Positions 16,036 to 25,471 of a DNA stretch of 36,705 nt are shown one piece after another; the first letter of the stretch is position 1; the number at the start of each line of letters is the position of its first letter. The stretch covers positions 1 to 36,705 of the forward strand of contig JAYWBR010000248.1 in NCBI GenBank assembly GCA_043781315.1, given 5' to 3'. The DNA is from Verrucomicrobiota bacterium. Its GTDB lineage: Bacteria > Verrucomicrobiota > Verrucomicrobiia > Limisphaerales > CAIQOK01. Below the pieces are notes generated by a model, which did no database searches, was not told the origin of the DNA, and was given only the letters and a program-made list of their open reading frames with translations. The position numbers and the translations under genes are program-made.

Positions 16036-17190
16036 ATGCCGCTGAAAATCCTCATCGCCCCCGACAAATTCAAGGGCTCGCTCACCGCCCGCGCCGCCGC
16101 GCAGGCCATCGCGGCCGGCTGGAGCAAGGCCCGCCCGGACGACTCGCTGACGTTGCTGCCGTTGAGCGATGGCGGCGATGGCTTCGGTGAAGTCCTTGGC
16201 AATTTGATGCCGGCAACAATTCAAAATGTTTCCACCGTTGACGCCGCCCACCGTTCCTGCCAAGCGCGCTGGTGGTGGGAACCGAAAACCAAAACCGCCG
16301 TCATTGAATCGGCGGAGGTCATCGGCCTGGCGATGTTGCCGGCGGGAAAATTCCATCCGTTCGAGCTGGATACTTTTGGATTGGGCGCGCTGCTGCAAGC
16401 GGCCCTGACCAAAGGCGCGCGACGCTGTCTCATCGGCATTGGCGGCAGCGCCACGAACGATGGCGGCTTCGGGCTGGCCCGGGCGCTGGGTTGGGAATTT
16501 TTGGATGCCGGGGGCGGCGTGATTCAGCGTTGGACCGAGTTGCACACGCTGGCGACGATTCAAAAACCAAGACCGCGGCGATGGTTTGCCGAATTGATCG
16601 TCGCGGTGGATGTGCAAAATCCGCTGCTGGGCGTTCGCGGCGCGACGCGCGTTTACGGGCCGCAAAAGGGGTTGCAACCGGCGGAGCTGGCGGCGGCGGA
16701 AAAAAATCTGGGACGCCTGGCGCTGGTCGTGTCCCGGAACGGCACGCGCTTTCACAATCGTCGCGGTGCCGGGGCGGCGGGCGGACTGGGTTTCGGCCTG
16801 CTGACTTTTCTCGGCGCGCGGATGGAGCCGGGCTTCGCTGTGTTTGCGCGTCATGCGGAGTTGGCAAAATATTTGCCGTCGGCGGACTTGGTGATCACCG
16901 GCGAGGGCCGGCTGGATGCCTCCACGCTGATGGGCAAAGGCACCGGCCAACTGGCGCGACGCTGCCGGGCCTTGAAAATTCCCTGCCTCGCCCTGGCGGG
17001 GACGATTGCCGAGCGCGAGAAAGTTCAGCGCCGGTTTGCTGAAATTCATGTGCTGACGGATTTGACCACGCTGACCGGAGCTCAAGCGAAACCAGTCCAC
17101 TGGCTGAAAACATTGGCGAATCAAATCGCGAAAAATGGCGGCATCCAATTCCGCAGCAGCACCAATTATTTTCTGGACAGCGTGGGGTGA
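16036..17190 (+). CDS. Glycerate kinase
   Basis: ATG at 16036 gives MPLKILIAPDKFKGSL. PLSDGGDGF, GIGGSATNDGG and VITGEGRLDASTLMGK motifs are present. Confidence 0.88.
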   Translation: MPLKILIAPDKFKGSLTARAAAQAIAAGWSKARPDDSLTLLPLSDGGDGFGEVLGNLMPATIQNVSTVDAAHRSCQARWWWEPKTKTAVIESAEVIGLAMLPAGKFHPFELDTFGLGALLQAALTKGARRCLIGIGGSATNDGGFGLARALGWEFLDAGGGVIQRWTELHTLATIQKPRPRRWFAELIVAVDVQNPLLGVRGATRVYGPQKGLQPAELAAAEKNLGRLALVVSRNGTRFHNRRGAGAAGGLGFGLLTFLGARMEPGFAVFARHAELAKYLPSADLVITGEGRLDASTLMGKGTGQLARRCRALKIPCLALAGTIAEREKVQRRFAEIHVLTDLTTLTGAQAKPVHWLKTLANQIAKNGGIQFRSSTNYFLDSVG

Positions 17191-17211
17191 CTTCTCAAGA
17201 CTCGCAGCCGA

Positions 17212-18666
17212 GTGACCAACAACCATACCAAGTTTTTTTCCTGCCTGCGTTTGCTGGTGCTGCTGACCCTCTGGCAGGCGGGGGACATTTTTGAAGCGCG
17301 TGCCCAGAATTTTCCCCTCACGGTGCGGACCAGCCCCACCAATGCAGTTCAGGTCGGCTCCACCGTGACGTACACCATCGGGGTGTCGAACTTCTCCAGC
17401 TTTGATGTCAGCGCGGTCATCGTCACCAACACCTTGGCGGCCTCGGTGCAATTGACCGGACGGACCACCACGCAGGGAACGGTGGCCACGAATGGCTCGT
17501 CGTTGGTGTTTTTCATCGGCCTCGTTCGCGTGGGATCCAGTGCGGTGATGACGGTCACCGGCATTCCAACCGTGGCCGGGTTCTTCACCAACCAGGTTTT
17601 CTGTTTCGCCCCGCAACTGACCAATCTGCTCACCAAGACGGTCTTTTCCCAAGCCACTAACCCCGTGGTGGTGTCCGATCTGGCGGTGATGCTCGGCACG
17701 CCGGCATCGCCCGTCTTTACCGGCGATTGGATCAGCTACCGCACCGGGGTCACCAACCTCGGGCCCAACACCGCGCCCAACGTGGTGCTGACCAACACGC
17801 TGCCCGTCGGCACTAAATTACTTTCCGTCTCACCAGCCTCCCAGACATTCCAACTTGTCAGCAACCAGTTGACGTTCCCGATCACCTCGCTGGCCAGCAA
17901 CGCGTTCACCAATTTCGTTTTGCGCGTGCAACTGCCGACCAATGCAGGTGCCGCGCAGTTCACCGCGTCGGCCGGTGCGGGCGGCGCGACCGATCTCAAC
18001 CCCGCCAACAACACCGCGACCAACAGCGTCAACATTGCCGGTTATTTTCCCGTCACGCTGCTGGCCGTCACCAACGCCCCGCAGTACACGAACCGGCAAA
18101 ACGGTTTGATCGAGCAGAAAATTCTCGTGTCGAACGTCGGCACTGCGTCCGTGGACTCCGTGCGCGTCATCCTGACTGGCCTGACGAATGTGCCGCTGGC
18201 CGGCTACACCAATTATTTGTTCAACGCCACCGGCACCAACGCGGGCAGCCCCTTCGTGGTTTACCCGGCCACCTTGGACACGAACAGCAGCGTGGAATTG
18301 CGGCTGCAATTTTACGTGCGCACCCGCAGCACGTTTCCCTTCGGCAATTCGCAATTGCACGCCGTGGGAGTCAGCCCGCCTGATTTGACGCCGCCACCCG
18401 CCGTCGGCACCAGCACGAATTTTCATTTCAGCCGGAATGCCCGGCTGTCCACCGGCGAACATTTTTTGGAAGTCAGCAACACCATCGCGGGCCAGGTTTA
18501 CACGATTGTTTACAGCGACGATCCCTTGTTCTCGAACGCCCAGATGGCCCTGCCGCCCATTGTGGCCCCGGCCAATTTCTTCCAGTGGCTGGACTACGGG
18601 CCGCCGGCCACCGTGAGCAAGCCCGGCTCGAATCCGCGTTTTTACAAAGTCTTTCTCAACCCCTAG
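17212..18666 (+). CDS. Secreted DUF11 (conserved repeat domain) protein with a C-terminal RFYKV tail
   Basis: The start is GTG and the signal peptide contains FFSCLRLLVLLTLWQAG. There are two DUF11-like repeats (VGSTVTYTIGVSNFS...VTNTL and GDWISYRTGVTNLGPNTAPNVVLTNTLP). Confidence 0.75.
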   Translation: MTNNHTKFFSCLRLLVLLTLWQAGDIFEARAQNFPLTVRTSPTNAVQVGSTVTYTIGVSNFSSFDVSAVIVTNTLAASVQLTGRTTTQGTVATNGSSLVFFIGLVRVGSSAVMTVTGIPTVAGFFTNQVFCFAPQLTNLLTKTVFSQATNPVVVSDLAVMLGTPASPVFTGDWISYRTGVTNLGPNTAPNVVLTNTLPVGTKLLSVSPASQTFQLVSNQLTFPITSLASNAFTNFVLRVQLPTNAGAAQFTASAGAGGATDLNPANNTATNSVNIAGYFPVTLLAVTNAPQYTNRQNGLIEQKILVSNVGTASVDSVRVILTGLTNVPLAGYTNYLFNATGTNAGSPFVVYPATLDTNSSVELRLQFYVRTRSTFPFGNSQLHAVGVSPPDLTPPPAVGTSTNFHFSRNARLSTGEHFLEVSNTIAGQVYTIVYSDDPLFSNAQMALPPIVAPANFFQWLDYGPPATVSKPGSNPRFYKVFLNP

Positions 18667-18672
18667 CCCGCC

Positions 18673-19707
18673 ATGCCGCCGAATATTTTCAACTCTTCCA
18701 TCCGCCTCGGTACCCTGGCGCTGCTGGCCGTGACCGCCGGACGCGCGCACAGCCAGGCGTACGACCCGGACTGGACGCGCACCTTCCGCGCCGGCGTGCT
18801 TGTCGGCTTCAACCTCAAGGCCAGCTTCAGCATGAAAGGTTCGTTCGGCATCTCCGGCGGCGGCGCAGGCGTGTACGATGATGGTTACGTCCGCCCCGAT
18901 GCCGGCGGTGCGCTCACCTCGGACTGGGGATACAAAAACGGGACGCAGTACGATCCCGCCACCGAGACGTTGACGATGCATCTTTCCACCGCCTTCAACA
19001 CCACCGGTTCCGCCAGCGTGAAGGATTCGGCGGACATCGGATTGGATCTGGCCTACGGCGGCACCTTCACGCGCGGGGAACGCTTTCGCCTCGGCTGGGA
19101 ATTGGGTTTTGGTTTGTTGCCCATCAAGATTTCCGACCGCAGCACTTTGTCGGCAACCGTCTCCCAGTCGGCCTACAAATTTGACGCCAGCGGTTACGTC
19201 ATCGGCACCGACAACACGTTTCCACTCCCGGGCTGGCATGGCTCGCCGAATTCCCCGGGTGGCGCAACGATTGGCTCGGCTCCCGCCATGACGCCACTGC
19301 CGGATATTCCCAACGTCCAGGTCATCGGCAGCCGCACGCTGGATGTAAACTTTTACGCGATCAAGCTGGGGCCGACCCTCTTCTATGACCTCAGCCCGAG
19401 CATTGGTCTTTCCCTGGGCATCGGCCCGGCGCTCGGCATTGTTTCCGGAAATCTTAAATACAACGAAACCCTGAACTACGCCGGCGGCAGTTCGCACAAC
19501 GTCGGCGAAGTTGGCTCCACCAAGCTGACCTTCGGCGGTTACATCAACGGCATGATCACCTTCCACACCGTGCAAAACGGCGACTTCTACATCGGCGCGC
19601 AATACATGCCCATGGGCAAGGTCAACATGGGTGGCGGCGGACGCAACGCGCGCCTAGACTTGAGCGGCCAAGTCTATCTCACCGCCGGCATCAACTGGCC
19701 GTTCTGA
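18673..19707 (+). CDS. Outer-membrane beta-barrel protein (hypothetical)
   Basis: The signal peptide is MPPNIFNSSIRLGTLALLAVTAGRAHS. Alternating hydrophobic beta-strand periodicity is present, with Gly-rich loops and a C-terminal ...GINWPF ending in Phe. The start lies 6 nt after the DUF11 gene. Confidence 0.65.
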   Translation: MPPNIFNSSIRLGTLALLAVTAGRAHSQAYDPDWTRTFRAGVLVGFNLKASFSMKGSFGISGGGAGVYDDGYVRPDAGGALTSDWGYKNGTQYDPATETLTMHLSTAFNTTGSASVKDSADIGLDLAYGGTFTRGERFRLGWELGFGLLPIKISDRSTLSATVSQSAYKFDASGYVIGTDNTFPLPGWHGSPNSPGGATIGSAPAMTPLPDIPNVQVIGSRTLDVNFYAIKLGPTLFYDLSPSIGLSLGIGPALGIVSGNLKYNETLNYAGGSSHNVGEVGSTKLTFGGYINGMITFHTVQNGDFYIGAQYMPMGKVNMGGGGRNARLDLSGQVYLTAGINWPF

Positions 19708-19770
19708 TCCGGGATTTTTTCCGGCGGCTGCCCGCTCGACTTCACCCGCCTGCGTGCTAACTTCTCCGCC

Positions 19771-20799
19771 GTGAACACTCTCGTCGTTGGACTCATCAGC
19801 GCCTTGATCGCCACCAACCAGGCCGTGGCCGTCAGCAACCTCGTCACCCAAACCACCGGCCTCACCGTCGCCGTGCCCGACCCCAACGACCCGGTCGAAA
19901 AAGAATTCAAGAAAGTCGAGACCGCCGATGACGAGGCGCAGGCCGAGGTGGACGGCTGGCTCAAGGACAACAACGTGTTTGCCGCGAAAGGCGGCGGCCT
20001 CCCCGAGGCCGAGATGAATCGTCGCATCACCAAACGCTTCGCGCCCGTGCGCCAGGGCTACGAGGATTTCATCAAGCTCCACCCCAACCACGTCAAAGCC
20101 CGGCTCGCCTTCGCCAGCTTTCTCGACGACATCCACGACGAGGACGGCGAGATGGAGCAGTTGGAAAAAGCCCACGAGCTGGATCCCAAAGATCCCGCCG
20201 TGTGGAACAACATGGCGAACTATTACGGCCACAACAGCCCGGTGAAGAAGGCGTTTGAGTATTACGAGAAGGCCATCGAACTCGATCCACACGAACCGGT
20301 TTACATCCAGAACTTCGCCACCACCGTCTATTTGTTCCGCAAAGACGCGGCGGAATATTACCACATCAACGAGCAGCAGATTTTTGACAAGGCGCTCGCG
20401 CTCTACGCCCAGGCGCTCAAGTTGTCCCCGACCAATTTTCCCCTCGCCACCGATCTCGCGCAAAGTTATTACGGCATCAAACCCGTCCGCACCGCCGACG
20501 CCCTCCGCTCCTGGACCAACGCGCTGGCTATCGCCCACGACGAGATCGAACGCGAAGGCGTCTATCTGCATCTCGCGCGCTTCAAATTAAACGCCGGCAT
20601 GTTCGCCGAAGCGCACGCGCACCTCAATGACGTGACCAACGAAAACTTCACCGAGTTAAAAACCCGGCTCACGCACAACCTCGAAGAACGCGAACGCGAA
20701 GCGAAAGAAACCAACGCCACCAAGACGGTCACCACGAAACTTGATTCCGCCACCAACTTCCCTGCCCCGGTGCCCCAGCTTCCGCCGGAGAACAAATAA
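19771..20799 (+). CDS. TPR-repeat protein with an N-terminal signal or anchor
   Basis: The start is GTG. TPR-like helices are visible (AVWNNMANYYGHNSPVKKAFEYYEKAIELDPHEP, ALALYAQALKLSP). The N-terminus is hydrophobic (LVVGLISALIA). Confidence 0.75.
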   Translation: MNTLVVGLISALIATNQAVAVSNLVTQTTGLTVAVPDPNDPVEKEFKKVETADDEAQAEVDGWLKDNNVFAAKGGGLPEAEMNRRITKRFAPVRQGYEDFIKLHPNHVKARLAFASFLDDIHDEDGEMEQLEKAHELDPKDPAVWNNMANYYGHNSPVKKAFEYYEKAIELDPHEPVYIQNFATTVYLFRKDAAEYYHINEQQIFDKALALYAQALKLSPTNFPLATDLAQSYYGIKPVRTADALRSWTNALAIAHDEIEREGVYLHLARFKLNAGMFAEAHAHLNDVTNENFTELKTRLTHNLEEREREAKETNATKTVTTKLDSATNFPAPVPQLPPENK

Positions 20800-20894
20800 A
20801 CCGGGCTGGTTAAGTGATGCGGTCGGGAGGGTCTTGCAAAGGCTTCAAAGCATGGGAAGCTGACTTTGAACAGCCGCAAGGAAAGAGGATTACG

Positions 20895-21602
20895 ATGAAC
20901 AATAAGTGCGTCAGAAAAATTGGATGCCTATGCATCGCGTTCATAATCGGACTGCACGAGTCGGCAGTTTTGGCCGATACATTGGCGTTCACGAGTGGTG
21001 GCTACACGACCAATCAACCAGTAAACTTTACCGGCACCCGAGGCTGGGATTTTTTCAATAGTAGTCCGTACGGTTCCAGCAACTACATGGCCGTTACCCA
21101 ACTAGGCGTCTTTGACCAAGGTGGCGATGGTCTGGCTAATTCCCACGAGATCGGAATCTGGGCCGCTAATGGAACCTTGCTGGCGTCCACGACGATTCCC
21201 GCCGGCACGGTGGCTCCGCTGGTGGATGGTTACCGCTATATGCCGATTACCCCCGTGTTGCTCCCGCCCAGTGCCTTCCCATCACCGCACCCTTTCATAG
21301 TGGCTGTGGCCGCCGCCTACTTAGCGGGTGATGCGGATGACCTCGTCACACCACAATACGGCGGATTATCGGATCTGGTATTTCTATCAAGCTATGATGG
21401 AAGTAACTCACATGGCTTTATCGGCGGCGGCCCAGGTCTGCCCTTCCCTGGCGGCCATTTTGTGGCACCGGAAGGCAGTGGCAGCCCCGCATTGCTGGAA
21501 GTGAACTTCCAATTCAACATCGTCCAAGTGCCCGAGCCTTCCGTGTCTCTCCTGCTTGCGCCCGGCTTGCTAGCACTGTATTTGCACCGGCGGCAGCGCT
21601 AG
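20895..21602 (+). CDS. PEP-CTERM sorting-domain protein
   Basis: ATG at 20895 is preceded by GGAAAGAGGA. The signal peptide is MNNKCVRKIGCLCIAFIIGLHESAVLA. The C-terminus VPEPSVSLLLAPGLLALYLHRRQR has the PEP motif, a TM helix and a basic tail. GC is visibly lower than in neighbouring genes. Confidence 0.8.
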   Translation: MNNKCVRKIGCLCIAFIIGLHESAVLADTLAFTSGGYTTNQPVNFTGTRGWDFFNSSPYGSSNYMAVTQLGVFDQGGDGLANSHEIGIWAANGTLLASTTIPAGTVAPLVDGYRYMPITPVLLPPSAFPSPHPFIVAVAAAYLAGDADDLVTPQYGGLSDLVFLSSYDGSNSHGFIGGGPGLPFPGGHFVAPEGSGSPALLEVNFQFNIVQVPEPSVSLLLAPGLLALYLHRRQR

Positions 21603-21642
21603 CAACAGCAGTTAACTTCAAGAACAAGCTGCCAGCGGCGGA

Positions 21643-23040
21643 CTACCTTCGCCCCAGCCGTTCCAGCAACTTTCCGTGGATGCCGTCAAACCCGCCGTTG
21701 CTGAACACGCAGATGATCTCACCGCCTTGCGCATGTTGCGCGAGGTGCGCGACGATGGAATTCGCGTCCGGCAGATACGCGGCCGTCTTGCCGGAAGCTT
21801 CCAGCTTCTGCATCAACAGTTGCGGGTTCAGCCGCTCCTCCGGCTGGAGCAATTCCAACCGCGCGACCTGCGCCACCACCACCGCGTCGGCGTCCGCGAA
21901 GGACGACACCAGCTCGTCTTGAAAAACATTCCGCCGCATCGTGTTCGAGCGCGGCTCAAAGACCGCCCAGATTTTTTCGCGCGCATACTTGAGCCGCAAC
22001 GCCGCCAGCGTCTCGCGGATCGCCGTCGGATGATGGCCGAAGTCGTCAATCACCGTGATGCCGCCGGCGATGCCCTTGATCTCCATGCGCCGCTTGATGC
22101 CCTTGAACGTGTCGAACGCGGACTGGATCTGCTTGTTCGACAGCCCGCAATGCTTCGCCGCGCCGATGACCGCCAGCGAGTTGCGCACGTTGAATTCGCC
22201 GACCAGGTTCAGATGAAACTTGAAGCTGGGAATCTCAAACTCCGTCGCCGTGGGGCCGTAACGGATGTTGAAAGCATAGACCGCGTGATCCCCGCCGAGA
22301 CCAAAGCGTTTCACCGGGCAATGCGTCACGTTCAGCAGCGGCGCGAGGTTGTGGTCGTCGCCGTTGGCGAGCAGCAGGCCGTTGCGCGGGATGAGGCGGA
22401 TGAAGTGCGAGAAAGTTTTTTTGACGGCGGCGAGGTTTTCAAAAATGTCCGCGTGATCAAACTCGAGGTTGTTGATGATTGCGACCTCGGGCTGGTAATG
22501 GATGAACTTGCTGCGCTTGTCGAAGAACGCGGTGTCGTATTCGTCGCCCTCGATGATGAACCACTCGCTGTCCGTGAACCGCGCGCCCTGCGAAAGATTC
22601 GTCGGGATGCCGCCGATGAGATAGCTCGGGTTCAAACCGTTGTGTTCAAAAACCCAGGTCAGCAGCGAGGTGGTCGTGGTCTTGCCGTGCGTGCCGGCAA
22701 CCACGATGGAACGCTTGCCGCGAATGAAAAACTCGCGCAACAGTTCCGGCAGCGAGCAGTAACGCAGCTTGTGATCCAGCACGTATTCCGCCTCCGGGTT
22801 GCCGCGCGAAATGGCGTTGCCGATGACGACCAGGTCGGGCTGGTGCGCCAGGTTTTTGTCCGCGTAGCCGTTGATGACCTCGATTTTTTTTGACGCGAGG
22901 AAGGTGGACATCGGCGGATAGACGCTTTGATCCGAGCCGGTGACGACAAAGCCCTTGTCCTGCATGGCCGCCGCCGCCGAGGCCATCGCGGTGCCGCAGA
23001 TGCCGGTGAAATGAACTGATTTAATTGCCGATGAAAACAT
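21643..23040 (-). CDS. mpl: UDP-N-acetylmuramate:L-alanyl-gamma-D-glutamyl-meso-diaminopimelate ligase
   Basis: HFTGICGTAMASAA and GTHGKTTTTSL motifs are present, the overall architecture is Mur-ligase type, and the length is 465 aa. Confidence 0.88.
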   Translation of the reverse strand: MFSSAIKSVHFTGICGTAMASAAAAMQDKGFVVTGSDQSVYPPMSTFLASKKIEVINGYADKNLAHQPDLVVIGNAISRGNPEAEYVLDHKLRYCSLPELLREFFIRGKRSIVVAGTHGKTTTTSLLTWVFEHNGLNPSYLIGGIPTNLSQGARFTDSEWFIIEGDEYDTAFFDKRSKFIHYQPEVAIINNLEFDHADIFENLAAVKKTFSHFIRLIPRNGLLLANGDDHNLAPLLNVTHCPVKRFGLGGDHAVYAFNIRYGPTATEFEIPSFKFHLNLVGEFNVRNSLAVIGAAKHCGLSNKQIQSAFDTFKGIKRRMEIKGIAGGITVIDDFGHHPTAIRETLAALRLKYAREKIWAVFEPRSNTMRRNVFQDELVSSFADADAVVVAQVARLELLQPEERLNPQLLMQKLEASGKTAAYLPDANSIVAHLAQHAQGGEIICVFSNGGFDGIHGKLLERLGRR

Positions 23041-23193
23041 TGCGGACGGATTAAAGCAGGAAGTTCGGCGGACGGAAAATAATTTTGGAAAAAGAGTTTA
23101 GCCGCACCACCCCAACCACCACCGACTGTCTGCCGATGGCGCAGATTCCCGCAGATTAAATTGGCGGCGCGTTCCGCAAATATCTGGCGTCAT

Positions 23194-23306
23194 GGACTGC
23201 GCCGGCAGAGCGCAGCGGCGCCGGCGCTTTCGCACTACGAAAGGCGGGTGAAACAGGGGTATGTCCTCCCCAAAGCGGGGTCGCGCTGCGCTTGCCCCCG
23301 CAGTCC
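23194..23306. repeat. 113-nt nested palindromic (REP-like or structured RNA) element
   Basis: The outer arms GGACTGCG (23194-23201) and CGCAGTCC (23299-23306) pair. GCGCAGCG and CGCTGCGC form an inner 8-bp pairing. Internal hairpins are CTTTCG-CACTA-CGAAAG plus GC palindromes. Confidence 0.6.
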
Positions 23307-23341
23307 AAGACGTCATCGCGCCTTCGTTCGTCCGGAACAAC

Positions 23342-24337
23342 TCACTTGCCCAGTTTGATTTCAAACGTGCCGTCCGTGGCGAGCACGGTTTTGAAATCGT
23401 TCGTCAACCAGACCTTGCTCGGCGTGTCAGCCTTGAGATAGGCATCCCAAAAGGCGGTGGAGCTTTCGCAGATCAATTCCTTGAACCGTTTCTGTTTTTC
23501 CGGCGGCAGCTTGCCGGACACGCCGCCGAAAATCATGTGATCGCCGCCGTTGAACGTCAGGAGATATTGTTCCACGCCGTGGATGTGGTCGAACGGAACG
23601 CGTCGTTCCGCCGGGCGCGTCTCGCCGATAGGGCTGGAATCCTCCGTGCCGGTCATGTGCAGGACGGGGATTTTTATTTTGCCGAACGCGCGATCCAACG
23701 TGTTCTTGCGGGCGGGCACCGGCGCGCTCATCGCCACCGCCGCCTTCACGCGCGGGTCGCCGAAGGAAATTTCCCCATCGCCGGGCGTGACAAAAACCTG
23801 GCCGGCGACTGCCAGCGTGGTGAACGCACCGAAGGAATGTCCCGCCACGCCGAGGCGCGCGAGGTCGAGCCGGTTCTTCAGCGGGGAATTTTCCTGGTTC
23901 AGTTTATCCAACCGGTCAATCGCAAAACTCACGTCAGCCGGGCGGTTGGCGGCGTTGTCGAGATTGGCGGCGGACTGGCGCAGGCTGGCTTTCAGTTCGG
24001 TCACCGGCTTGTCCTGCCACACGGAAGCGTCGCTGCCGAGATGCTGCAGGTGGACAGAAACGTAGCCGTGCGCAGCCCAATAGCGGCCGAGGTATTCATA
24101 ACCCTCGCGCGAACCGCCGAGTCCGTGGGAGAAAATGATCACGGGCAACGGGCCGCTGCCGGTGGCGGGATAATAAATTTTCACCGGCACCGTGCGGCTG
24201 CGTTTGGCGTCGAGCCAGTCGGCGCGGAAGATTTCAACGCCGTTGGTGGCGGCGAAGGTGCCGGGCGCGGGCGCGACGATCACCCATGCCAGCGCGAGCA
24301 AGCGAAACAGTTTCATGGATAGCAAAGACGCGAACAT
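23342..24337 (-). CDS. Secreted alpha/beta hydrolase (PAF-acetylhydrolase / dienelactone-hydrolase-like)
   Basis: ATG at 24337 (or 24316) gives the signal peptide (MFASLLS)MKLFRLLALAWVIVAPAPGTFA. PVIIFSHGLGGS is present, and the nucleophile elbow is GVAGHSFGA. The ORF-track start at 24568 is rejected. Confidence 0.8.
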   Translation of the reverse strand: MFASLLSMKLFRLLALAWVIVAPAPGTFAATNGVEIFRADWLDAKRSRTVPVKIYYPATGSGPLPVIIFSHGLGGSREGYEYLGRYWAAHGYVSVHLQHLGSDASVWQDKPVTELKASLRQSAANLDNAANRPADVSFAIDRLDKLNQENSPLKNRLDLARLGVAGHSFGAFTTLAVAGQVFVTPGDGEISFGDPRVKAAVAMSAPVPARKNTLDRAFGKIKIPVLHMTGTEDSSPIGETRPAERRVPFDHIHGVEQYLLTFNGGDHMIFGGVSGKLPPEKQKRFKELICESSTAFWDAYLKADTPSKVWLTNDFKTVLATDGTFEIKLGK

Positions 24338-24430
24338 GCGCAGGATTGTTACCGAACGCCGCCGATTGTCAGATAAAATTTCCCGGAGCGCGGGGTTCAA
24401 CCGGCGAACCGTTTGAAACTCGCCCGGAGA

Positions 24431-25204
24431 ATGGGTTGCAAAACTAACGCCGGTTCTTTTACTTGTCACGTGCTGTTCGATTTTCTGTTCAGGCCGACCC
24501 CGCCCGACCCGGTGGAACATTTCCTGGAGGTGCGCGGGCGGCGGCGGCCGTTGACGGTCGTCCGTCATGCCCGCGCGCGGCGTTACCTGCTGCGCCTGCA
24601 GCCGGACGGTTCAGTGCGCCTGACCATTCCCCGGCGCGGTTCGCTCGCTGAGGGTCGGCATTTTGCGGAGCGTCACACGGAGTGGCTGGGACGGCAATTG
24701 GATCGGCTCGCCGCGCAACCCGTCAAATCACGGCAGTGGCGTCTAGGCACCGAGATTTTTTTTCGCGGCGAATTGGTGGTGCTGGCGGCAGGGTTGAATG
24801 GCGAGAAAAACATCGTCCGGTGTGGTGACGAAAACATTGTAGTGCCCGAAATCGAAAGCGATCTGCGGCCCGCCGTCGTGAAACATCTGCGCGCGCTGGC
24901 GGCCCGGGAGTTTCCGCCGAGGGTTTTTGAATTCGCTGCGGCGCAGCAGGTGACCGTGTCGCGCGTCACGGTTCGCGATCAGCGTTCGCGCTGGGGATCG
25001 TGTTCGCGGCGTGGCACGATTTCCTTGAACTGGCGCCTGATCCAGACGCCGCCGTGGGTTGGCAATTACATCATCCTGCACGAGCTGATGCACCGGCGGC
25101 AGATGAATCACTCGGCGCGGTTCTGGACGGAAGTGGAACGGGTTTGTCCTGATTACGAAACCGCCGAACGGTGGTTGAAACAGCACGGCGCGTTGCTGAA
25201 ATAA
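24431..25204 (+). CDS. YgjP-type (DUF45/M48-like) metal-dependent hydrolase
   Basis: The zinc motif is HELMH, followed by RQMNHSARFW; WGSCS and ISLNWRL motifs are also present. The start is uncertain: ATG at 24431 is chosen and the ORF track gives TTG at 24413. Confidence 0.78.
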   Translation: MGCKTNAGSFTCHVLFDFLFRPTPPDPVEHFLEVRGRRRPLTVVRHARARRYLLRLQPDGSVRLTIPRRGSLAEGRHFAERHTEWLGRQLDRLAAQPVKSRQWRLGTEIFFRGELVVLAAGLNGEKNIVRCGDENIVVPEIESDLRPAVVKHLRALAAREFPPRVFEFAAAQQVTVSRVTVRDQRSRWGSCSRRGTISLNWRLIQTPPWVGNYIILHELMHRRQMNHSARFWTEVERVCPDYETAERWLKQHGALLK

Positions 25205-25220
25205 GCGGTGGTTTTTGAAA

Positions 25221-25297
25221 TGGTGCATCCGACAGGGGTCGAACCTGTAACCATCTGATCCGAAGTCAGAAGCTCTATCCAATTGAGCTACGGATGC
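25221..25297 (-). tRNA. tRNA-Arg (anticodon TCG)
   Basis: The reverse complement folds as a cloverleaf: acceptor GCATCCG/CGGATGC, D arm GCTC-AATTGGATA-GAGC, anticodon arm TCTGA-CTTCGGA-TCAGA, T arm ACAGG-TTCGACC-CCTGT, discriminator A and encoded CCA. Total length is 77 nt. Confidence 0.93.
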
Positions 25298-25314
25298 GCG
25301 CGAAGGGGAAAGAG

Positions 25315-25390
25315 TGGGGTGGCCAACGGGATTCGAACCCGCAACAACAAGCTCCACAAGCTTGGACTCTACCGTTGAGCTATGACCACC
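25315..25390 (-). tRNA. tRNA-His (anticodon GTG)
   Basis: The reverse complement has the His-specific extra G at position -1 and acceptor GTGGTCA/TGGCCAC. The anticodon arm is CAAGC-TTGTGGA-GCTTG and the T arm is GCGGG-TTCGAAT-CCCGT. The discriminator is C and CCA is encoded. Total length is 76 nt. Confidence 0.93.
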
Positions 25391-25471
25391 AACCGGGGAG
25401 CAGCATAGATTTTCCGACCCGCCGCGTCAAGTTTCCCGATGAGTGAAATTGCGGGCGCAAACCCGCAGGCA

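Noticed and set aside
24743-25357. A 204-aa minus-strand ORF spanning the 3' end of the YgjP-like gene and both tRNA genes.
   Set aside because: It overlaps two well-folding tRNA cloverleaves and the antisense of a motif-bearing gene. There is no coding support.
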